Shown here in pieces: positions 30,896 through 39,498 of a stretch of 64,000 bases of DNA. Below the pieces are notes generated by a model, which saw only the letters and a program-made list of their open reading frames with translations, ran no database searches and was not told the DNA's origin. The DNA comes from an uncultured Spirochaetota bacterium (GTDB lineage Bacteria > Spirochaetota > Spirochaetia > SZUA-6 > Fen-1364), in NCBI GenBank assembly GCA_963734545.1, contig CAVTHO010000003.1:192001-256000 (forward strand), written 5' to 3'. The stretch's first letter is position 1. Each line of letters opens with the position of its first letter. A program made the translations under genes and the position numbers.

Positions 30896-31909
30896 CTACC
30901 ACCATGTCGCCCTCCTTGAAAGCACCCGCGTGGCGCGGTCGAATGTGAAGTAGTGGGTCCCCGAGAGGCTGTAGGATACCTGCATGTCAGGAAGCTTCTC
31001 GAAATGGAGGGTCCCCGGGAGGGCCGCACCTGCCTGATCGAACCGGACGAAGTCACCCGAACCGCCGTCGTTGCCTGCCTGGCCGTAGGAGAAGAAGGCG
31101 CCGCCGGCATAGCCGAGGAACTCGGGCCGCTCTTTGTCTGATGGCTTCGCGAACAGCTCGTAGTTGCCCAGGAGGGGTTCCAGGAGGGTAGAAGGAGCCT
31201 GCTCCATGATATCGGTCCAGGGAATTCTGGCGAAGTGGTCCGTGCCCGTGTCCATGTCCGTGAACACGAAGAAGGCTGCCTGCTGCGCCGGGTCCACGGC
31301 ATTGGCATCGGAGAAGACGGCGCGCAGCGAGTACGCGGATGCCGGGCCGATGGCCGCCGTCCGGGTGCCCGTCGAGCTCCATGTGTCGTTGTACTTCTGG
31401 TAGTCCAGCGAGCTCCCCGTGACGGAGATCTGCGCGGCATTGTAGTTTCCCCCCGTGTGCACGGCGAAGTATTGCTGCCCCGGCCCCTGCGGGACCGACC
31501 ATCCGATCCATGCAAGCTTGTCCGTGACCGTGAAAAGCTGATTGCCGACCATCATGCGGTGCGGCTCCGCGGACCACGCGTCGAACCAGGCCCGGGAGCC
31601 CTGGAGGGGGAAGCCGCCGAGAATGAAGTCCTGGTACGTGAGCGTCTGCAGGACGTTCAAGCCGGCGTCCATGAGCCACAGGTGCGTGCCCTCATATGGC
31701 ATGTCGCTGGCAAGGACGACGTACTCCCTGCCGTAGTCCTCCACGACGCTCAGAGTGAAAGAGCCCGCCGCCGCCGCCGGAATGACTGCCGCCATGTCAG
31801 CCTGTGCCGTGATCAATCCCAGCGCCGGATCCGCCTTCGAGAAGATGCCGTAGATGCTGCAGGTGGACAAGGCCCCGAGCAGGAGGAGGAAGAAGAGGGA
31901 GCGCCCCAT
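30896..31909 (-). CDS. Hypothetical lipoprotein
   Basis: MGRSLFFLLLLGALST-C lipobox; 8 nt downstream of the upstream gene. Confidence 0.75.
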   Translation of the reverse strand: MGRSLFFLLLLGALSTCSIYGIFSKADPALGLITAQADMAAVIPAAAAGSFTLSVVEDYGREYVVLASDMPYEGTHLWLMDAGLNVLQTLTYQDFILGGFPLQGSRAWFDAWSAEPHRMMVGNQLFTVTDKLAWIGWSVPQGPGQQYFAVHTGGNYNAAQISVTGSSLDYQKYNDTWSSTGTRTAAIGPASAYSLRAVFSDANAVDPAQQAAFFVFTDMDTGTDHFARIPWTDIMEQAPSTLLEPLLGNYELFAKPSDKERPEFLGYAGGAFFSYGQAGNDGGSGDFVRFDQAGAALPGTLHFEKLPDMQVSYSLSGTHYFTFDRATRVLSRRATWW

Positions 31910-31917
31910 GCACCGTT

Positions 31918-33162
31918 TCACAGCTTGATGACGACCCCGAGCGTCAGCGGGGGAAATCTGGCAGAAACAGGGCTGCCGGAGGCTGCCGAGGTCGAGGCTT
32001 TCCATGTGAGGATGCCGCGTCCCAGCAGGTTGGTCCCGATCCCCAGGGTGTACTTCAAGTCGGAACGGAGGAAGAGCGACACCCGAGGCAGATTCCATTC
32101 CACCCAGAGGCTGGTGACATCCCAGAAAATGTCCGTGTACACGGAGGGTCCGGCCGCAGCCGCGGCGGTGAAGATTGTGCCGAATCCGGTTCCGATTCCG
32201 AGACGGAAGGGAGAGTCAGGAGGGAAAATGAGATACTGACCGACCGAGACCTGCGTGTCGAAGTGGGCGACCGTCCCCGCGTTCGAGAGCACGGGAGGGT
32301 CGAACGAGACATTGAGTCCTGCCGAGAGAAACAATGAGTCGGGGACGAGGTAGAGGCGCGCGGCGGCGCCGCCGCCAAGGAACTCGCCCGCGGTCCAGGA
32401 GGCTTCCAGCGCCACAGTAGTCTTTCGCGCCAGCGGTGTGAGGGCGATCTCGGACCCGGCGCGCACGCTCTGCCACGAGGTGTGATAGCCCGTCATTCGC
32501 TTCTCCACCAGGAGAGGAAAGCCGATCTTGAGCGCGCCGGAGGGCATGACGGCCTTGCCCTTTTCGATGGTGCCCACGCTGCGCTCACCGCCCAGGAGCA
32601 CTTCCATGCCTTCCTGCCGGGAGGTGAAGGTGATTTCCGCTGCCCCGCCTGTTTCAGGCCTCGGCCCCCGTGCTACGGGAAGGCTCAGCCGCGCAAGCAT
32701 GTCTTCGATTTCGGAGCGCAGGTTGTTGGAGAAGGTCAGGTTGTAGTGCCAGGACTTGAGGAATCCGGCTGCAAGGGCGCCTGTCTGCGCCTCGTAGCAG
32801 GAGAGAACGACCACGATCTGGTCATTTTCAACGGTGAAGGAGCCGCTCACCGCCACGTCCGCCTGCGTGCTTCGTGCCACAGCCGCTGCCGCAGGCCCGT
32901 CAAGGCGCTCCCGCTGTTCCGCGGGCCCGATTCCTCCCTCTCCGCCGGGGAGCAGGCGGAAACCCGCGGCCCGGAACTCGGCTTCCACTGCCGCGGACAG
33001 CCGGTCCTGCCGTTCAGTATCCGCACCTTTGGCGGAAAGATCGGTTATCGGGAAGATGACCGCCTTCTTGCCCGCGAATGCGGGATCTCCGCACCATCCG
33101 ATCGCAGCGGCGAAGAGCATAAGAGTGACGGGGAAAATGCGGCTCTCTTTTGAAATACTCAT
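31918..33162 (-). CDS. Exported protein with TolB-N/CsgG-like domain, PEGA-like domain and predicted C-terminal beta-barrel
   Basis: AVIFPITDLS...ADVAVSGSF..VVLSCYEAQTG; amphipathic strands; C-terminus LTLGVVIKL. Confidence 0.65.
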   Translation of the reverse strand: MSISKESRIFPVTLMLFAAAIGWCGDPAFAGKKAVIFPITDLSAKGADTERQDRLSAAVEAEFRAAGFRLLPGGEGGIGPAEQRERLDGPAAAAVARSTQADVAVSGSFTVENDQIVVVLSCYEAQTGALAAGFLKSWHYNLTFSNNLRSEIEDMLARLSLPVARGPRPETGGAAEITFTSRQEGMEVLLGGERSVGTIEKGKAVMPSGALKIGFPLLVEKRMTGYHTSWQSVRAGSEIALTPLARKTTVALEASWTAGEFLGGGAAARLYLVPDSLFLSAGLNVSFDPPVLSNAGTVAHFDTQVSVGQYLIFPPDSPFRLGIGTGFGTIFTAAAAAGPSVYTDIFWDVTSLWVEWNLPRVSLFLRSDLKYTLGIGTNLLGRGILTWKASTSAASGSPVSARFPPLTLGVVIKL

Positions 33163-33235
33163 GGGGAAGGTGTCGCTATATAGTATAGCATGTATGGAGC
33201 TGGTTTTCGACCCGCCGCACGCTCGAAAATAATTG

Positions 33236-33264
33236 TTGACAGCACGGAAAAGGGGGTGTAGACT
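33236..33264 (+). promoter_or_regulatory. Sigma70-type promoter of the LacI/sugar operon
   Basis: TTGACA (33236-33241), N17, TAGACT (33259-33264). Confidence 0.7.
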
Positions 33265-33269
33265 CCGTC

Positions 33270-33309
33270 TACGATATACGTATATCGTAATATTGATAAA
33301 CGTATATCG
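33270..33309. promoter_or_regulatory. Tandem LacI-family operators
   Basis: Perfect 20-bp palindrome TACGATATACGTATATCGTA (33270-33289) with central CG, plus near-copy GATAAACGTATATC (33295-33308) between promoter and LacI start. Confidence 0.8.
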
Positions 33310-33317
33310 GAGACGTC

Positions 33318-34382
33318 ATGGACAGGAAGACCGTTACCGCCCAGGATGTGGCCGACAGGCTCAAGCTTTCGCTGCTCTCCGTCTACCGCGCTCTGAACAA
33401 TTCCGGCGGGGTCTCCGAAAAGACGGTGAAACGGGTTCGCGCCACTGCCAAGGAGATGGGGTACACGCCGAACCGGGCTGCCCGGCACCTCTCGAAAAAG
33501 ACGAAGTGCACGATAGGAATCTCGTACTACCTGCCGCCCTGGTTCGCCACGCAGATCCTGGAGGGGTGCGAGCAGGCCTTTGCGGAGCTGAAGAGCTACG
33601 GGCTGTCCATGCTCGTGCGCGGCGAATGCGAGTCCTACGAGGCACAGGTGGCGCAGATCAGGGCACTGGCAAAGAAATGCGACGCCCTGGCGCTTTCCGT
33701 CTACGAGCCCCAGTACTTCGAGGGCCTCATCGACGAGCTCGTGGACGGCGGGACCCCCGTGGCGACATTCAACGTCGATGTGCCCACGAGCAAGAGGCTT
33801 TTCTACATCGGCCCCAACTATCTCGAATCCGGCCAGCTCTGCGGGGAGCTGATGGCAAAGCTGGTCCGCGGCAGATCAGGCAAGGTGGCCGTCGTCACCA
33901 AGAAGCAGAGCATATCGATCCTGGAGCAGCGCATCATGGGATTCAGGAACGTCGTGGCGCGTGAATCGTCCGTGGACATCGTCGGGCCCTACAAGCTCGC
34001 CGAATCCCCTGCCGAGGACGAGGAACAGATCGCGGCGATCATCCGTGAGAACCCGAGGCTGGTCGGAATCTACGTGGTCAACCAGTCTCTGGCGGCTGCC
34101 GGCCGGGCGGTGAAGCAGACGGGCGGCGCGGGGTCACTGGTCCTGATCGGGCATGATCTGAATGACGAGCACGGCGCGCTGATCCAGGACAACACGATCA
34201 CCGCGGTCGTGTGTCAGGAGCCGTTCTATCAGGGCTATTACCCCGTGAAGATCCTTTTGGACTACACGATCGACTCGATCATGCCTCCCACGCGCGAAGT
34301 CTTTACCCGGCTGGAGGTGGTGATGCGGGAAAATCTCGGCTACTACTCCACCAGCCACCAGGCGTTCATGAAGGAGAAGTAA
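33318..34382 (+). CDS. LacI family transcriptional regulator
   Basis: VTAQDVADRLKLSLLSVYRALNN...MGYTPNRAARHL plus periplasmic-binding-protein-like sensor domain. Confidence 0.95.
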   Translation: MDRKTVTAQDVADRLKLSLLSVYRALNNSGGVSEKTVKRVRATAKEMGYTPNRAARHLSKKTKCTIGISYYLPPWFATQILEGCEQAFAELKSYGLSMLVRGECESYEAQVAQIRALAKKCDALALSVYEPQYFEGLIDELVDGGTPVATFNVDVPTSKRLFYIGPNYLESGQLCGELMAKLVRGRSGKVAVVTKKQSISILEQRIMGFRNVVARESSVDIVGPYKLAESPAEDEEQIAAIIRENPRLVGIYVVNQSLAAAGRAVKQTGGAGSLVLIGHDLNDEHGALIQDNTITAVVCQEPFYQGYYPVKILLDYTIDSIMPPTREVFTRLEVVMRENLGYYSTSHQAFMKEK

Positions 34383-34386
34383 TACG

Positions 34387-36081
34387 TTGTATCGAGCGTC
34401 CGTCCTCGCCTTCTGCGCCGGCCTTGTCATCCTTCTGGGCGGCCGCGTGTCCGGCGATCCGCCGCCCGCCCCGGAAGGAAAGGCGGCCGAGCTCCAGAGG
34501 GCGCGGGCCGGCTTGCGCATCGCAGCGCCTGTCGCTCGCTCTTCGAAGCTGCCCCTGTTTCTTGCTCACTACATGCCATGGTTCCAGGCACCGCCCGTCT
34601 CCGACAATTTCGGCTGGCATTGGCACATGGGGTCCACCGACCCCTGGCAGAAGGACAGCCATGGTCTTTCGCGCATCGCGTCCCACTACTATCCCCTGAC
34701 CGGCCCCTACGACAGCGATGATCCCGACCTGCTCGAGTACCAGACCACGCTCATGAAGGTGAGCGGCGTCGACGGGGTGATCGTGGACTGGTACGGCACC
34801 AGCCCTTCATTCGACTACCCGCAGCTCCAGAAGAGCTCTCACGCCGTTTTCCTTGCGATGAAAAGGGCCGGCCTGAAGTTCGCCGTCTGCTATGAAGACC
34901 AGAGCGTGGCGAGACGGGTGGAGTCAGGCCAGATCGATCCCGCGGCCGCGGCAGACGCGGCAAAGGCGGACATGAGCTGGGCGGCCCGCACCTGGTTCAA
35001 GGATGAGGCGTACCTGAAATCAGGCGGCCGCCCGGTCGTCCTCTGCTTCGGTCCCCAGTACTTCAAGGACAGACGGCAGTGGGACGTGATCTTTTCGGGC
35101 ATGGAGCCTCGGCCGCTCCTGGTCACCCTGAATGAGGCCGGCGGGAGCGCGGCTGACGGCTCATATCCCTGGCCCCCCATGGAAGCATCCTCAGGAGGCA
35201 CGCTCTCTCCCGATCAGCTTGTACGGTATCTCAATGATTTCTATGCGAAGAACCTCGACAGCCCCTTTCTTGTTTCTTCGGCCTTTCCCGGGTTCCATGA
35301 CTTCTACTCCCAGGCCGGGGCGCGGCCGAGCTACGGCTATCTCGACGATTACCTCGGGGAAACGTTTGGCATGACCCTCGATGCGGCGGTGTCGGCGCGC
35401 GCCGACGTGGTGCAGCTCGTGACGTGGAACGACTACGGCGAGGGGACGATGATCGAGCCCACGGTTCAAAACGGCTACCGTGAGCTGGAGACCCTCCAGG
35501 AGCTCAGGCGCCGCCTGGATCCTTCTTTTGCCTCCACCCGGGAAGACCTTCGTGCGCCTCTTGCGGCATTCAATGCCCGGGTGGAGGCGCGGGCGGCGCG
35601 GAAAGCGCAGCCGGCCGCCGCAGGTTCGGCTGCGGCACGGGCAGCGGATCCGTTCGCATCGGCAGTCAACCTTGCGCTCCGCAGGCCCATCGCGTCCAAC
35701 AACCACATTTTCGCATTTACCGCCGACAAGGCGGTTGACGGAGACACGCGCACGTACTGGGAAGGTGCCGCCAATTCCTACCCGAACGAAGTGACGGTGG
35801 ACCTCGGCACGACGCGCGCCCTGGCGGCTGTCCGGGTCAGGTTGAATCCCCAGCGCATCTGGGGAGCGCGGACGCAGTTCTTCTCGGTCTGGGCAGGCGT
35901 CGAGGGAGAGCAGCTCGTCCTCGCGGCGGAATCCGCGGCCTGGAAATTCGATCCGGCAGCGGGAGACAACACGGTCACGATTCCGATCGCGGTCACGGCA
36001 CGATTCATCAAGCTGTCATTTACCGCGAATGACGGGGCCACGGCCGGACAGATCGCGGAGCTGGAGGTTTTTGCCAGATAA
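34387..36081 (+). CDS. Exported GH71/GH99-like glycoside hydrolase with C-terminal F5/8 (CBM32-like) domain
   Basis: AHYMPWF, YYPLTGPYDSDDP, DGVIVDWYG, VCYED and QLVTWNDYGEGTMIEP motifs; NLALRRP..AVDGD..TYW..VTVDLG..ARFIKL...IAELEVF. Confidence 0.85.
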   Translation: MYRASVLAFCAGLVILLGGRVSGDPPPAPEGKAAELQRARAGLRIAAPVARSSKLPLFLAHYMPWFQAPPVSDNFGWHWHMGSTDPWQKDSHGLSRIASHYYPLTGPYDSDDPDLLEYQTTLMKVSGVDGVIVDWYGTSPSFDYPQLQKSSHAVFLAMKRAGLKFAVCYEDQSVARRVESGQIDPAAAADAAKADMSWAARTWFKDEAYLKSGGRPVVLCFGPQYFKDRRQWDVIFSGMEPRPLLVTLNEAGGSAADGSYPWPPMEASSGGTLSPDQLVRYLNDFYAKNLDSPFLVSSAFPGFHDFYSQAGARPSYGYLDDYLGETFGMTLDAAVSARADVVQLVTWNDYGEGTMIEPTVQNGYRELETLQELRRRLDPSFASTREDLRAPLAAFNARVEARAARKAQPAAAGSAAARAADPFASAVNLALRRPIASNNHIFAFTADKAVDGDTRTYWEGAANSYPNEVTVDLGTTRALAAVRVRLNPQRIWGARTQFFSVWAGVEGEQLVLAAESAAWKFDPAAGDNTVTIPIAVTARFIKLSFTANDGATAGQIAELEVFAR

Positions 36082-36163
36082 GCTGCGGAAAGGAGCCCCC
36101 GTCTCCGTTGGGGATCAAAAGGGGCTTGCGTTCCAGTGAAACGAGCAAAGGAGGGTAGCGAGT

Positions 36164-37528
36164 ATGAAGAGAGTGATGTGCATCATCATGGCCGCGTGCG
36201 TCGCCTGGGGCGTGTATGCGGCTCCGGTCGAGCTCAAGGTGCCGATTCCCCGGGATACGCCGGAAAACAAGTACCGCATCGACGCCAAGATGGATCAGAT
36301 CAACCGGTTCGAGGCGGCGAATCCCGACATCAAGGTCGTGCCCGTGAACTTCGAGTACGACAACACGGGGCAGTTCCTCGTCATGCAGGCCGCGCGGCAG
36401 GCCCCGGACGTGATGAGCGTGTGGGCCACAGAGGCGCAGATGCTCGTTGCGAAGAAGTGGATCGTTTCCCTGGAAAACTATATCAAGACCTGGGACAAGA
36501 CCGCCTGGTACAACAAGGACGCCTTCCTGCCTTTCATCGTGGGCGGAGTACGCTATGGCGTGCCCGACCAGAACTACATCAAGCATGTGATCTACAACAA
36601 GCAGATGTTCGCGGCAAAGGGAGTGCCCGCTCCGAAGCTCAACTGGACGTGGACAGATTTCACGACCGCGATGGTGAAGTGCACGGACAAGGCGCAGGGC
36701 ATCGCGGGGTTCGCGCCGATGGGCAAGGGCGCGGAGAGCGGCTGGGGTTTCACGGACTTCATCTACATGGCCGGTGGCGAGGTCGAGCAGATAAGAAACG
36801 GCAAAGCCTACGCGGTCTTCGATTCTCCCGAAGCCATTGCCGCCGCGCAATTCTTCAAGGACCTGAAATGGAAGTATGATGCGATTCCCGCCAACTGGGC
36901 CAACGGATGGGGAGACGTTTACAATGTATTCGGCTCCCTGCAGGCGGCCATGGTGCTGGATGCGGACAACGGCCGCGCAATCGCCATCAATTCCCTGAAG
37001 ATGGATCCTGCAAACATCGGGCTCGCCCTGATGCCCCGGGGCCCGGGCTCCAAGGGCCGGCAGGCCGGAGTCCTTGGCGGCACGTTCCTGGTCACCAACG
37101 GTCTTGCGAAGAGCAAGGAGGTCCGGGACGCCGCGTGGAAATGGATCATCTTCGAGCGCTGGGACGACGCGGGACTCGCGGACCTGCAGGCCCAGATCGA
37201 GGACGCGCGGGCGAACAAACAGCACCGCGCCCAGTTCCAGTACTCTCCGCTGCTTCCGACCGCCCCGTACGTGCAGAAGGAACGGGCGATCCTCGTTGAG
37301 AACCCCGACGCCGCGGTGGCCTGGGGAGACGCTGCCTTCCTCGCCGCCCTGCCGGCCACGGCGCACATCGAGCCGCCGGTTGCCGCCCAGGACGTCTACG
37401 GAAAGTATCTGAACAACGTCGTGCAGGTGCTGTTCTCCGAAAAGAACGCGGATCCTGCCGCGATCATGAAGGACGCGAACAAGAGGTTCCAGGCAGAGGT
37501 GCTGGACCCGCTCAACGCCGGCCAGTGA
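36164..37528 (+). CDS. Carbohydrate ABC transporter substrate-binding protein
   Basis: Signal peptide; FEAANPDIKV, APDV, YGVP, IYNKQMF and WTWTDF motifs. Confidence 0.92.
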   Translation: MKRVMCIIMAACVAWGVYAAPVELKVPIPRDTPENKYRIDAKMDQINRFEAANPDIKVVPVNFEYDNTGQFLVMQAARQAPDVMSVWATEAQMLVAKKWIVSLENYIKTWDKTAWYNKDAFLPFIVGGVRYGVPDQNYIKHVIYNKQMFAAKGVPAPKLNWTWTDFTTAMVKCTDKAQGIAGFAPMGKGAESGWGFTDFIYMAGGEVEQIRNGKAYAVFDSPEAIAAAQFFKDLKWKYDAIPANWANGWGDVYNVFGSLQAAMVLDADNGRAIAINSLKMDPANIGLALMPRGPGSKGRQAGVLGGTFLVTNGLAKSKEVRDAAWKWIIFERWDDAGLADLQAQIEDARANKQHRAQFQYSPLLPTAPYVQKERAILVENPDAAVAWGDAAFLAALPATAHIEPPVAAQDVYGKYLNNVVQVLFSEKNADPAAIMKDANKRFQAEVLDPLNAGQ

Positions 37529-37545
37529 GAATCTGAATCACGGGT

Positions 37546-37585
37546 CGCCGCCGCAGGCGGATTATCGCGCCGCCGCAGGCGGATT
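37546..37585. repeat. Two direct copies of an 18-bp REP-like hairpin CGCCGCCGCAGGCGGATT
   Basis: Copies at 37546-37563 and 37568-37585; each folds as CCGCC-GCA-GGCGG. Confidence 0.8.
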
Positions 37586-37590
37586 TTCGA

Positions 37591-37623
37591 CGCCCCCCGT
37601 CTTCGGACGGGGAGCGCCTTTTT
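37591..37623 (+). terminator. Intercistronic GC stem-loop with U-tract (partial terminator or mRNA stabiliser)
   Basis: CCCCGTC-TTCG-GACGGGG stem with a cUUCGg tetraloop, followed shortly by TTTTT, between the SBP and permease genes. Confidence 0.65.
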
Positions 37624-37635
37624 GAAGGGGAATGC

Positions 37636-38556
37636 ATGGAACTGGCGGTGGGGAAAAGGGGCGGCCTTCGGCCATGGAGCCGGACGGGGAGAGGGAGGTA
37701 TGGAATAGGGCTCCTGTTCCTGGTCCCCGCCCTGCTCGTGTTCGCCGTATTTCAGTGGTACCCGATCCTGCAGAATTTCCTCCTCGCGTTTCAAAGCTAC
37801 GTCCCGGGCTTTGACAAGGAGTGGGTGGGCCTGAAGAACATCACTTACATCCTGCACGATCCCCGGCTGCCGAGGGCGATCCTCAACACGCTGGAGTTTG
37901 TCGGCATCTGCCTCGCAATAGGCTTTCTCGTTCCCATTGTCGTGGCCATTGCCATCATGGAGATCCGGCGGGGGCGCGGATTCTTCCGTCTTGCCATCTA
38001 CATCCCGAACATGATTCCCGGCATCGCCCTCTACATCATATGGAGATGGGTCTTCAATCCTGATTTCGGTCTTCTCAACCAGGTCATCGGTCTCTTCGGG
38101 GCGCCGCCGCAGCAGTGGGTGCTTTCTTCCCGCCAGGTCCTTCTCTCGCTGAGCCTCATGGCCACCTGGGCCAACTTCGGGGGGACCGCGGTTCTCTACA
38201 TGGCGAGCCTCACCACGGTCAGCTCCGAGCTCTACGAGGCGGCCGAGCTGGAAGGGGCGGGTTTTTTCCAGCGCGTCCGGCACGTGACCCTTCCCGGCAT
38301 TTCCGGCACGATCAACCTGCTGCTGGTCCTGCAGCTCATCGCCACGTTCCAGGTCCTCCAGGAGCCCTTTGTGATGACGGCCGGCGGTCCGAACAACTCC
38401 AGCCTCACCGTGATGCTCCTCACCTTCAACTACGCCTTCGAGGATATCGAGTTCGGCAGGGCGGGGGCGCTCGGCTCGCTCGCCTTCCTGGCCCTTCTCG
38501 GCCTGTCGTACGTCTACGTGAGACGGAGCGGCCTGGCCGGCGCGAAGGGAGCATAG
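37636..38556 (+). CDS. Carbohydrate ABC transporter permease
   Basis: WVGLKN, EAA loop ELYEAAELEGA and MTAGGPNNSS motifs. Confidence 0.95.
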   Translation: MELAVGKRGGLRPWSRTGRGRYGIGLLFLVPALLVFAVFQWYPILQNFLLAFQSYVPGFDKEWVGLKNITYILHDPRLPRAILNTLEFVGICLAIGFLVPIVVAIAIMEIRRGRGFFRLAIYIPNMIPGIALYIIWRWVFNPDFGLLNQVIGLFGAPPQQWVLSSRQVLLSLSLMATWANFGGTAVLYMASLTTVSSELYEAAELEGAGFFQRVRHVTLPGISGTINLLLVLQLIATFQVLQEPFVMTAGGPNNSSLTVMLLTFNYAFEDIEFGRAGALGSLAFLALLGLSYVYVRRSGLAGAKGA

Positions 38557-38558
38557 CA

Positions 38559-39449
38559 GTGGAGGCGAGAACGCGCGGGATCCTCTCGGAGCATGACTAC
38601 CGGAGCCCCGGCTATGCGATCGCGTACGGGCTGTTCTTTCTGATCGCCCTCCTTCTGTCCGTCGTCATGGTGTACCCTTTTTTCTGGGTCTTCGTTTCGG
38701 CGGCCAAGGAATCAAGCGAGATCACCCGGATGCCTCCCACCTTTCTGCCCGCCACGTGGCGGTGGGAGAGCTTCCCGGAAGCGTGGAAGAGCTACCAGAT
38801 ACCCCGCATGTTCCTCAACACGGCCGTGGTGTATGTCGGCTACGTCGTGTCCCGGCTGCTCGTGATCACGCCGGCGGCCTACGCCCTGTCCCGGCTGCGG
38901 CTTCCGTTCCGGCGCGTCTTCTACATGCTCTTCCTGGCCACGTTGATCCTTCCCGAAGCCGCCTACCTCGTTCCCAAGTACCTGGTGATCCAGGAGCTTC
39001 CCCTCGTCAAGGTGAGCCTGTATGACACGTGGTGGGCGCTCTGGCTGCCGGCCGGTGCCAGCTCATTCCAGCTCCTGTTGATGAAGGGCTTTTTCGACGA
39101 GATCCCCCGGGAGATCTCGGAAGCGGGCAGGATCGACGGCGCATCGGAGCTGCGCATCCTCAGGAACCTGATCTTTCCCAACGCGAAGCCGATCATCGCG
39201 GTCGTGTGCATCTTCGCCTTCATGGAGGTGTGGAACAACTTCTTCTGGCAGAGGCTCATCCTCCCCACGCAGGCCCGCTGGACGACGGCCGTCATGCTCT
39301 GGTACAGGACTTTCGCAATCGGCGGGAATCCTCCCATGAACGTGCAGCTCGCCGGCATGTTCATCTGCATCATTCCCCCGCTCCTGCTGTTCCTGCTCTT
39401 CCAGAAGTACATCACGCAGGGAGTCACGATGACGGGCTTGAAAGGGTAG
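38559..39449 (+). CDS. Carbohydrate ABC transporter permease
   Basis: GTG start 2 nt after the previous stop; AAYALSRL, EISEAGRIDGASE, WNNFFW and FQKYITQG motifs. Confidence 0.95.
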   Translation: MEARTRGILSEHDYRSPGYAIAYGLFFLIALLLSVVMVYPFFWVFVSAAKESSEITRMPPTFLPATWRWESFPEAWKSYQIPRMFLNTAVVYVGYVVSRLLVITPAAYALSRLRLPFRRVFYMLFLATLILPEAAYLVPKYLVIQELPLVKVSLYDTWWALWLPAGASSFQLLLMKGFFDEIPREISEAGRIDGASELRILRNLIFPNAKPIIAVVCIFAFMEVWNNFFWQRLILPTQARWTTAVMLWYRTFAIGGNPPMNVQLAGMFICIIPPLLLFLLFQKYITQGVTMTGLKG

Positions 39450-39498
39450 CGGGACCCGCTCGCAAGCCTCGCATCGAATCACGATCCGGAGACACGGC

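Noticed and set aside
30796-31515. N-terminal 240-aa extension of the 934-aa ORF (also upstream extensions of ORFs at 12667, 38115 and 46989)
   Set aside because: They overlap other genes in a different frame or non-coding spacers; signal peptides or RBS mark later true starts.
37546-37585. Possible CRISPR-like repeats
   Set aside because: Only two 18-bp copies with a 4-nt gap, no spacers and no cas genes.
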